A DNA stretch of 64,000 nucleotides, taken from contig NC_068984.1 of the NCBI RefSeq assembly GCF_001194135.2, positions 45,447,372 through 45,511,371 of the forward strand, read 5' to 3'. Position 1 is the first letter of the stretch, and the number at the start of each line of letters is the position of its first letter. A model generated the notes under the pieces. That model did not search any database, had not been told where the DNA came from, and saw nothing but the letters and a program-made list of their open reading frames with translations. The DNA comes from Octopus bimaculoides (Eukaryota). The position numbers and the translations under genes are program-made. Shown here one piece after another: positions 23,301-35,200 of this stretch.

Positions 23301-26300
23301 CAATTACCCGCCTAGGACAATTCCCACGGATGACAACTACCCCCTAGGACAATTACCCACCTCTTCAATATATTAAGAAATTTTAAATCATCATGTTGTT
23401 CTTAGGGGGTTATTGTCCATGAAGGAGAGAGTAAATGTCTTAGACTCGGTGAGCTATCCAGCACTTTAACTTTAGCATAACGAGCACTGTCATTGTTATT
23501 ATGGAATATGCAGAAAAAAACCATGTTGTCAGCCAATTTAAAGATATGAAATCAAAAAATTTTTAACCCGCACTATCTGTGTGTCTGAAATAATTTTGAA
23601 AGTAATCAAAAACTTGAAATGGTTCACTCAAATACTTAACTTAAATATTTAACTCTTTATTAATCTAGCATTTAAAAAACAGGTTCTTAAAACAGTTTTT
23701 CAAAAGAGTCTTATATAAATTTATGGCTGAAAGTTTTAATTAAGATCATCATCATCATCATCATCGTTTAACGTCTGCTTTCCATGCTAGCATGGGTTGG
23801 ATGATTTGACTGAGGACTGGCAAGCCAGAAGGCTGCACCAGGCTCCAATCTGATCTGGCAGAGTTTCTACAGCTGGATGCCCTTCCTAATGCTAACCACT
23901 CCGAGAGTGTAGTGGGTGCTTTTATGTGCCACTGGCACAAGGGCCAGTCACACGGTACTGGCAACGGCCACGCTCAAAACGGTGTTTTTTACGTGCCACC
24001 TGCACAGGAGCCAGTCCAGCGGCACTGGCAACGACATCGCTCGAATGATTTTCTAATGTGCCACCAGCACAAGTGCTAGAAGGCAACGCTGGTAATGATT
24101 ACGCTCAAATGTTGCTATTTACAGGCCACTAGCACAGAAGCCAGACAGCTGCTCTGGCAATGAACACGCTCGGACAGTGCTATAAACACTTTAAAATAGT
24201 TGATTTTTGTATCAAAGAACTAGAAGTGGTATCAGACAGGCTGGTATCAAAAGCATTAAATGAACAAATGAAACATATCAAAATATAAATACCTCAACAT
24301 TTTCAGCTATCCACAAATGTGGAGTCTTACGAGCCAACATCTGCAGATCTTTCAACACCATGATTTTCACTGTCTTACGGGGGTCGTTTTCCAGATAGTT
24401 TAATAATAAAGAGATTTGCTGTGTAATGTCTAGTAAAGCATGTATAGCCAATTTGGACATAGTGTGGAGGGTGAGCATTACAAATCTTTTAGCGGGATAG
24501 CTTTTTAACAACAGAAGGCAGACTGTTCGTGCCTATAAACAAATAAAAAAACAAAGAGAAATATATTAAGAAAGCAGATCAAACACATAAAAAAAAAATT
24601 TAATTATCACTAATACAACAAGTTGTCATCATCATCGTTTAATGTCCGCTTTTCATGCTAGCATGGGTTGGACGATTTGACTGAGGAATGGTGGACCAGG
24701 AGGCGACACCAGTCCTCAGTCAAATCGTCCAACCCGTGCTAGCATGGAAAGCGGATGTTAAACGACGATGATGACAACAAAATATATAAACAAAAAAAAA
24801 AAAGAAAACAAAGAGCATTTTACTGGAAGAAATAGCAACAAAATTTTCCTCAAACCATGCCCTAGCATTTAAAAAAAAGGAAGGACATATTAGATGGAGT
24901 AGTCAATGTCTGTGACAAAGAAAGAGATAATCACAGTCAAAATGCTTGCAATCATAGGTCTCTTCAACCAGAATTAAACAACAACATCTGCTGCTACTCC
25001 AATAACAACACTGTTATTCAATAAAATGTTTTCCCATGTTGACATTAAACTGAACATTTCGTAAGTTGTAAAACTGAATCCCTTACCAACAGTAAATCTG
25101 TTGGATGGGGATAATGTGTATTACTGTCAGATCTAAGGATGAAGCCAATGACTTTTATAAATTATATATCAATTAGTTCTAGAATAGAGTTAATAATAGT
25201 TTTGGATTTAGAGAAAAAGCCAACAATTTTAAAGTGTAGGAAAAGAGTTAGTCATTTAAATCAACCTTAGTACTTCATTGGTACTTTATTTTATCAACTC
25301 AGAAGGGATGAAAAGCAATGTTGACCTAAGTAGGATTTGATCTAAGAATGTAAACTGTCTCAACAAATACTGCACAGCATTTTTTCAATGCTCTAACAAT
25401 TTGGTCAGCTCTCCCTCCTTAGAAGTAGAAATAATAATCCTTTTTTTTTTTCTATAGGCACAAGGCTTGACATTTTTTAGTGGCGGGAGGTGGGGGCGCT
25501 AGTTGATGACATTAACCCCAGTGCTCAACTAGCACTTATTTTCTCAATCTTGAAAGGAGGAAAGGAAAAGTCAACCTTGGAACATAGAGACAGATGAAAT
25601 GTTGGAAATAATACATTTCTAAATCTCTCAGAGAAATTTAAGCAGTAGTGATACGATGAAGTAGTTGTATACAGTCAACTTAATGAGACAGTCCCCTGAA
25701 GGAAATAATACTACTGTTGGTTAGACCTAGGAAGCTGCACCACATCCTGTCGGCCTTGACACATTTCCTGTGTTCTTATGATTACAACAGAGAGAGACAT
25801 ACGGACACAGGAAATGTGTCAAGGCCGACAGGATGCGGTGCAGCTTCCTAGGTCTAACCCAGGGGTTTTCAAACTTTTTGACTTGCGGACCCCTTTATAT
25901 TTCAGGCTTTACCTTAGGGACCCCCTTATAAACGCTTATGAAATTTATACATAAATATTTGCTTAAAATAACATATATTTTTACATTTATTTATTTAACA
26001 GTATTTAACAAATAGGTTTATTGTCAATTAAAAGATTTCGATTAAAAAACATATATAAAATCAAATTGCCCATAAAAAGTATTTGCTGTCTACGGACCCC
26101 CTGTGGTCCACAGACCACAATTTGAAAACCCCTGGTCTAACCAACAGTAGTATTATTTCCTTCAAGGGACTGTCACATTAAGTTGACAGCATACAACTAC
26201 TTCAGATGAAATGCTGTTTAGCATTTTGTCCAGTGTGCCAATGATTCTGCCAACTCACCACCTTAAGTAGAGCCAATAATAAACAGCATAATGGTTAAGA

Positions 26301-27876
26301 GGAGAATAAAGCAAGTTATGGTTGTTGTTTAGTTCTAGTTTGGTCTTCACAGAACAAATCTGTAATCAAAGGTAATCTAGCTCTACCATTTTGTCTTTTT
26401 TTGTTTTATCCTTTCCAGACCATGCATCTAGGAGAGCATTATTCAATCTCTTCTTCCATTTTTTAAAGATACCCAAGCATGACTATGATTTGAGAGAGAT
26501 TTGGCAACTATTTCAAGCAGGTAAGTAACTACCAAATAACACAATTAGCTTTCAGTAGGCTGCAGCTTACCTTAGCAGCAGTTTCAGCATCGTGGTGCAT
26601 ATGCTGCAAAATTGGTATCAGTTGTAGTTTTAGTTCCATAGGGGTTTCAACTTTTTCAATCATCTGTGCAATGCGATCACAGATACTTGCTGAAAACAAT
26701 CTGCAAGAAAGATGTCCACATTTTAAAATTAATATTTAGTAGCTTTGTGGGTAAGGTGTTTGATTACAGACAAGATCATGAAATTCATTTCTACAGTACA
26801 CATTCATCCTTTTTAATCTACTTGAAAATAAGTGTTATTCCTATAGAGGAGTTAACCACAGTGGAATATCTAATTATCAAAATACATTGCTAAAGCAAAT
26901 AAGTCTCTGTAATTGCTACAACTATATCAAACATACTGGCATGAAAATAAAGTAAATGGAATAAAACACTGAGTTATGTACATTAGAAATGGAGCCTATT
27001 GATTAGCCAAACAGACTGAGCTGAAGTGAGCAAAGTGTTTTATGTAAGCATCAAAATAAAATGCGTGGCATGAAATTGAGTTTTTGACAATATGAATAGT
27101 CATTAAGTACCCACAACCACTATCCATCACTTAGAATGAATTCTTTTATCAACCTGGTTGAAGCCCATCTCTCAGAAATCTATACTCATGAGATGACATG
27201 ACCTCAGTGCTACAAGTGAACAACACTCAACAATTTTCTAGTGCTACTTCTGTTTGCAACAATGACCTCAATGTTTACNNNNNNNNNNNNNNNNNNNNNN
27301 NNNNNNNNNNNNNNNNNNNNNNNNNNNNNNNNNNNNNNNNNNNNNNNNNNNNNNNNNNNNNNNNNNNNNNNNNNNNNNNNNNNNNNNNNNNNNNNNNNNN
27401 NNNNNNNNNNNNNNNNNNNNNNNNNNNNNNNNNNNNNNNNNNNNNNNNNNNNNNNNNNNNNNNNNNNNNNNNNNNNNNNNNNNNNNNNNNNNNNNNNNNN
27501 NNNNNNNNNNNNNNNNNNNNNNNNNNNNNNNNNNNNNNNNNNNNNNNNNNNNNNNNNNNNNNNNNNNNNNNNNNNNNNNNNNNNNNNNNNNNNNNNNNNN
27601 NNNNNNNNNNNNNNNNNNNNNNNNNNNNNNNNNNNNNNNNNNNNNNNNNNNNNNNNNNNNNNNNNNNNNNNNNNNNNNNNNNNNNNNNNNNNNNNNNNNN
27701 NNNNNNNNNNNNNNNNNNNNNNNNNNNNNNNNNNNNNNNNNNNNNNNNNNNNNNNNNNNNNNNNNNNNNNNNNNNNGCATCTTGGGCAAGTGTCTTCTAC
27801 TATTGCCTCAGGCCGACCAAAGCCTTGTGAGTGGATTTGGTAGACGGAAACTGAAAGAAGCCCGTCGTATATATGC

Positions 27877-27908
<32 letters not shown>

Positions 27909-29248
27909 TTGTGTTTGTCCCCCTAGCATTGCTTGACAACCGATGCTGGTGTGTTTATGTCCCCGTCACTTAGCAGTTCGGCAAAAGTGACTGATAGAAT
28001 AAGTACTAGGCTTACAAAGAATACGTCCCAGGGGTCGATTTGCTCGACTAAAGGCGGTGCTCCAGCATGGCCGCAGTCAAATGACTGAAACAAGTAAAAG
28101 AGTGAAGAGAAAAGAGTACTAAAAACAAAAAGAAAAAAAAAGAAAATTTTGGATGTATGCACATTGCAATGAAAATGAGAGCTTCTATATCTGTGTCCTG
28201 TATCCAATATGGTCGAGTGGATCTAGCCAAACTATTTAAAGGAAAACAAATAACAAATGTAAGCTGATGAGTGTATGTAAAAGAATAAAACAAGACAAAT
28301 CTTACTTGGAGCGAGCTGCAAATCTCTGGGCAGCATAGACTGCTGCATCCACTTCAATAGCATCATGGGAATCAAGACTAACCACTATGCTGTGATGCAC
28401 TGTAGTTTTCTCAGTGATGATACTGGCAACACTTCCAAGTGTTCTATAAAAGGACCAAGATATATTTATCCAAAATCATGATAGTCACAATGACAATGGC
28501 AAACCCCATAACATGTTTGAAAAAATAAAAAGTGGAAGTGCTAACACACAATACAAAAACTTTCGGATCTATTTTAAAACGGGGGCCACATTTTTCATTA
28601 ATGTTTTACGTAGTGTTTTTGGTACGGAAAGACTTTCAAACTTCGTATACTTATCTATTTTGTGTTATAGAACAAAAAAATATTTTTGTATTCGAATTTA
28701 TTTCATGTAAAAAATTGTCTTATTTCGATAAGTATTCAGTTGTTTACATTTACTCCTTTGGCTGATTAAGCGATGTAAAGCGTATTTAATCTCCATACCT
28801 TCGTTTTATTTGCTTTTTTCATTTTAAATTTGCTTTAACCCTAACCCTATGGTTAGGGTTAATTGTTTCNNNNNNNNNNNNNNNNNNNNNNNNNNNNNNN
28901 NNNNNNNNNNNNNNNNNNNNNNNNNNNNNNNNNNNNNNNNNNNAGTGATTGGTTGAAATTACAGAAATACGACAACTTTAACATGGAATAAATGGATTTC
29001 TTTTTTTTTTAAGAAGACTAAGAGAAAAAGATGTTTTATATGACACATTCTACCAGTGTTCCAAGTTTCAAAGTGTTTCGTTAATGAAAAATGTGGCCCC
29101 CGTTTTAAAAAAGATCCAAACTTTCTCCCAAAAGGTTTGTGCCATTCTGTTTTTTTTGTAAAGATACAATTAATTTTTATTTCAAGAGAAAATTCTTCAA
29201 ATATTACGACTGTATCAAGAGCATCTCGCAAAAACTTCTGTATGTATG

Positions 29249-29285
<37 letters not shown>

Positions 29286-32200
29286 GTGTGTGTGTGTGTG
29301 TGTGTACAACTATATAGCAGTCAATTTCAATTACTGATTTCTTTATTGGACTTCCTTGGAGTAATACCCTTTTCTCCCATGCATTCTCTCCATTCAACAG
29401 TCTCTTGTAATATTTCTAAGCCCTTCTTCTTGGCACCTGCAAGTTCAAATGCACTGCTATCTTTCTGTACATATAGCTTTGCAATCCAGAACACCTGATC
29501 CTTCCCTAGTAAAAGGGTAAAGATCCTCTTCAGTCATGAATGACCATGAGATTGCACTTGGAAAGTTTCCTTCCAAGGCACAAGTCCGGGAAAAGTTGTT
29601 TATGGAAGACCAGCAGTCGCCCATGCATACCAGGCTCCCTGAGCCGTACCACCAATGTTATCCAACAGAAAGGCAAAGGCCAATACAGCTTGGTACCTGT
29701 GACATCACAACTCATTTCTACAGCTGAGTGAACTGGAGCAATATGAAATAGTGTCTTGCTCAAAGCCTAGTTTGGGAATCGAACCCACTACCTAATGGTT
29801 GAGAGCTCATTCTCCCATAGTAAAATACTGGCAAACCTCTTACTTTCAGCACTATGTACACCTGATGTCTTTCCTTTCAGAAACTCAAAATTGTTCCTTG
29901 TCTCCCACCGTCATTTCTTCCAATCTTTCCAGATCTGTCTCTAGACTTTTATGGCTTTGTATACACTACTATTCCACTACTATGTTACGTTCTATGTAGC
30001 TGGAACCTGGCTCTAGCCACAAATCTTGTCTGAGCTTTGCAACAGGTTTTCTGATAGAAACAGTTGTTCTCTATGCTTTAAGTCTCTAACTTTTCCTCCA
30101 TTCTGTCATATGTATCAACTGGTACTTCTTTGAGTCATCATCTGGTGACAAAGGAATTAATTACAACTGAAGAAAATTAAACCAGAGAAAGATTTATGTA
30201 ATCAATGACTCCTAAACTCAAGCATTCTAGACATACTTGCTGTAATACTTTTTAAGACAATAGTTAGATCTTAGCATGACATGATCATCACAATAAATGC
30301 TACTTCTCACAAATCATTGACAATCTCACTTGGAAATCTCAACGTCAGCATATAAACTACTTCCCAAAGACTAGCCTTTCTCTTCTGAGACAACAAATAC
30401 TTCAGCTTCAAAGAAATGTTAAATTTTAGGAAAGTACTTTGAGCATCATTGTATTAAATGCTTATAACAGTTGTTGTTGCACTCTACATTAGTCAAATTT
30501 CTGTTAACACCCAACACCAGAGTCACACTTCTGTTAATATGTAACAATACAGTCACACTTCTGTTAACATCCAACGTTGCACATCTGGGACAGCACTGTT
30601 GTTACACACAAAATCTTTACAGATCACACCTAACAGAAAGCCATTTCAATGAATGATTATCAAGGACCCACACATCAACCTACTCCAATGCCTGACCTAC
30701 AGGCATGCTGTCCCATCATTCTGTTTTATCTGTTGTTGTTGGAACTCCGTCGCTTACGACGTCGAGGGTTCCAGTTGATCTGATCAACGGAACAGCCTGC
30801 TCGGGAAATTAACGTGCAAGTGGCTGAGCACTCCACAGACACATGTACCCTTAATGTAGTTCTCGGGGATATTCAGCATGACAGTGTGACAAGGCTGACC
30901 CTTTGAATTACAGGCACAACAGAAACAGGAAGTAAGAGTGAGAGAAAGTTGTGGTGAAAGAGTACAGCAGGGTTCGTCACCATCCCCCGCCGGAGCCTCG
31001 TGGAGCTTTTAGGTGTTTTCGCTCAATAAACACTCACAACGCCCAGTCTGGGAATCGAAACTGCGATCCTATGATCGCGAGTCCGCTGCCCTAACCACTG
31101 GGCCATTGCACCTCCACTGTTTTATCTACCACTACTACAACAGCTTTTACTCTTCAGTGTTAGCTATTTGCATACCAACACTGAAAATATCTAAACTCAT
31201 CTCACACATTCATCTATTTACCTCTCTTCATCCATGGTAATTCTCATCTCAGTCATCTCCTCAACCAACAAGCTCTATCCATTCTCCCACAAGAAAATCA
31301 AACTTCTGGAAATCCCTCACTCCCAAATTTTCCCAAAAATTATCAATATGCAGATGTTCAAGCAGAACATCAACAACATTAATCCGACCATTCTCAAAGA
31401 ATTTATTCAAATAACAGGTAGTCTCACAGTCGCTAACCTCTCATTAACACCATTAGATAAAACATGGCTATAGTTTGCATGTCATTGTTGTTTCACTGTT
31501 TATGAATTCATGATACAAGTTTATTTGACTAATAGCTTTACTATGAAGCACTTCCTACAGTAAGCATTAAAGAGAAGCCTGTAGTTGTAAGCATAATTAC
31601 TTACCGCAATGTAATGGCACGAGCAATTGGATCATTGCTGTGTATAACAGAAAATATGCGCCGTATGAAGTCATCAACATTGAGTACTTTGTCCAGGTGT
31701 TTCTCAGCCTGCTGTGTCACACGGAGGATGCATAACCGAATGAAATTGCTCCTAAAAATGAACAAATGCAAACACATTAGTTTTGTAAAAATTATGATGT
31801 GACAAGTGACTGTTTTCAGACCTTCAGGCTGACTGATGTGTTGAGAGTGAAATGAGTAGGCAAAAACGTGTGGATGCCCATAGCATATATAGATGTGTGC
31901 ACATGCAAAAGTCTCTTTTGATCTGTGTTTTGACATGTGTTAAAAATTTGTTTTAAATGCCTTTTTATAAATGGTGTCGATGTTTACACCTACTGTGAAA
32001 ACAGGTTTGTCAAGCAAAAGACCAAGAGAATAAATACTTCCAGTGGAAATCAAGAAGGGCATCCAATCACAAAATACTATACTACCCAACAAGTCTTGTC
32101 TAATCCATGCCAGCATGGAAGAAGCAAACCCAGGTATATGATGATGAAACTGTGATGTGAAAAGACTGAGATGATCCATATTAAACAAAATCTTTGGCTT

Positions 32201-35200
32201 TACTTTGCTTTAGTGGAAATAAATCATAAGTAAATGACCTCTTGTCTATCTCGAAATGTGGACAAATCTTAGCTAAAAGGCTAAACAGTAACAACTCAAA
32301 CATTCAGAAGAGTTGAAAGCTTTTAATCAACAACTTTTCATTTGTTTCATCTGATTAGGAACTATTATGGCCCACCCACTACACTCTGTGGAGTGGCTGG
32401 CATTAGGAAGGACATCCAGCTGTAGAACCAACCCAAAACAAACTATGGAACCAGGTGAGGCCCCTGGCCTTGCTGGTTCCATAGATGTCAGCCATCCAAC
32501 CCATGCCAGCATGTTGATGATGGTGATGATTAACTCCAAAATTTCACCATTAGTATTTTCTGTCATAGGATGGATAGGCTAGTAAAAGATATCGTTTTAA
32601 TGTTTAACCTCTTTTTCTATCTTTCTACACACTGTGTATTTAGGATGACATTATTTAGTTTACCTTCGTCTTCTTTAAGATGGTAGGGTGTCATTTGTAG
32701 AAAGTTGGACATATTGTTTAGCAAGTCAAACAACCACATAGAGAGTTTCTTTATTGGTTAATCCAATGTCCGTTTTCTACAGAAATCCACACACACCGTC
32801 ATCCTCATCATTTAACATCTGCTTTCTATGCTGGCATGGGTTGGACGGCTTGACTGGAACTGATAAGACAGAGAGCTGCACCAAGTTCCAGTCTAACTTG
32901 ACATGGTTTCTACAGCTGGATGCCCTTCCTCATGCAGCCACACCAAGAGTGTAATAGGTGCTTTTTATGTGTCATCACCATGGGTGCTAGTTACATGACA
33001 CTGACATCAGCCACAATTATGACTTCACTTGGCTTGACGAATCTTCTCAGGCATGGCATATCACCAACAGTCTTGGTTACTTATAAACCTCACTGAAGCC
33101 CATGGTTTGAAGGGTGCTTTTTACATGCCATCAGCACGGGTGCCAGTTATATGACACCAGCATCAGCCATGACCATGATAGATTGTGTATCATTATCATC
33201 ATCATTTTCAAGACTACTTTTCCATGCTTTGATGGGTTAGTTGGGATTCACTGAAACCATTTTCTATGGCCAAATGCTCTTTCTGTCTCCAATTCTCTCC
33301 TGTTTACAAGTAAGATAATATTTTCCTCTACACGTTTTCACAGGAGACTGCAAACAGACAACATTGCTTATATGACAGTGATGTTCATGTACATTTAGCC
33401 AGCAATGTTAAGGACAAGGTGACAGAAATACATACACATATACTTTATTAGTAGAAAAAAGCCTCAGGGAGAGCTCATCCATTTCCTAGATCCTAGACTG
33501 GAATCAGACTTCCAAGGGGTACTTGCATACGAGTTCCAGATGCACTGGGGAGTTGGGTATGTTGGGTGTCATGCATTATAGTTTGTATGGATGTGTGAAT
33601 GCATGAACAAAGATAATTTTGGTCTGATGAGGTACTTTCAGTAATGATAGGTTCCAGTGCCGGTATGTGTGTGAGGAAAGTCATGAGAAGGAACCATAAA
33701 TATATAAATGTACAAAAAAGAAGAGATAAGAAGCTATTAAACATGGAATCCATATTACACTCACAAAAGACATATTATCCTCTGTCATTTGTCTTCTTAA
33801 CCAGAGTTGATCTGGAGCTGTCAACAAAAATATTACATTGAGCAAGTGAGTCTTCATGCAATCTCTTGAACCGCTTGTAATAGCAACCAAATTTCAATTC
33901 ACATATAATCATCTCAAAAAAGAAGGACACATAGAGTAATTCAATTCTAGATACGTTATGTATAAACAGGTTAGGATTATTACAAATTACAAACAGGGCA
34001 CCTTTGTTAACAGATCTGCTTAGTAAGAACAGACTTAGAGCTAAGCAACAAAATAGCTCCTTAAGCTGACTGCTATATTTAGCTCAAACTCTGAGCTGTC
34101 TTGCCATCCACCTTTAATAGATCTGAGGATCCATTCTTTCTATCTCTGCCACAATCACCAAATGAGACTTCTCGCAACAGATGCAACATGCTATGAATAG
34201 CCGAACTTCGTCTCTTAGTCAAGTTAGTGCCGAGAAACATTTAATTAAATAATAATACCCATGTGATGAAGGAAAGAAAACATGAGATCAATGATTAAGA
34301 TAAGATTAATGTGATCATGACAAGTAGGGGAAACAACTTCGGGTTTGTTTAGGTTTTATTAGATATCCTCAGCTAAGTATAGCCAACACAAGCTAGTCAA
34401 ATAAGTGACAACATATTTTACTAAGATAGATTGATAGATAGATAGATATTTTTATACAGACACAGTATGTCCATTGAAATTAATATAAACAGAATGTACT
34501 GTTCGCAGACTAGACGAACGCATGACTGTACGCAGATGTGAGAATTGTGTGTTGATGAAATGCTTGATGAAGTGACTTCTGAAACAGAATCATTTGGTGC
34601 TACACAACATAAACAATTTAAAAGAATCGTGTTTTGAGTAATATGCGATGTTTCGTCTGATTTGAACACAAAAACGCATGGTATACTAACATATTACATA
34701 ATGTAAAATATTTTGCCAACTCCATCATCCATTTGTAATAAATGACAACAACTCACCCTGCTCTGAATACTTCAGCCAATTTCAAAAGAGCTGAATTTAC
34801 GAGAATCGGGAAGGGATATTTTTCAAACAGCCGCGGAAACCTCACCACAGCCTCACATTGATCTCCGATTTTCTGGGACCTCAAGCCTGAAAAAAAAAAA
34901 TCAAATAACAATTAAATACGGCAAAACTAACGGTACATTAATATTTCTTGAGAAACAATAATTTAAAAACCTAAATAGCTTTTTTTTTTTTCATTTTTTA
35001 TGAGTATCAATACATATACCGGACGCCGATTTAAGTTAATATTAACAATGTACAATAACTTTCGACTGTTTTTATATAAATATGTTACTACAGAAAAAAA
35101 AATGCAGTTCAACAATATATATATTAAAAAAATAAAGACACTACCTTTGTCTAACTCGATCAAGGCAGAGTTAGCATCTTGTTCTTGAGATGAAGTGTTT

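Noticed and set aside
29800-30460. Possible RT remnant (LYADV-like) on the minus strand
   Set aside because: One short motif among many stops; insufficient evidence.
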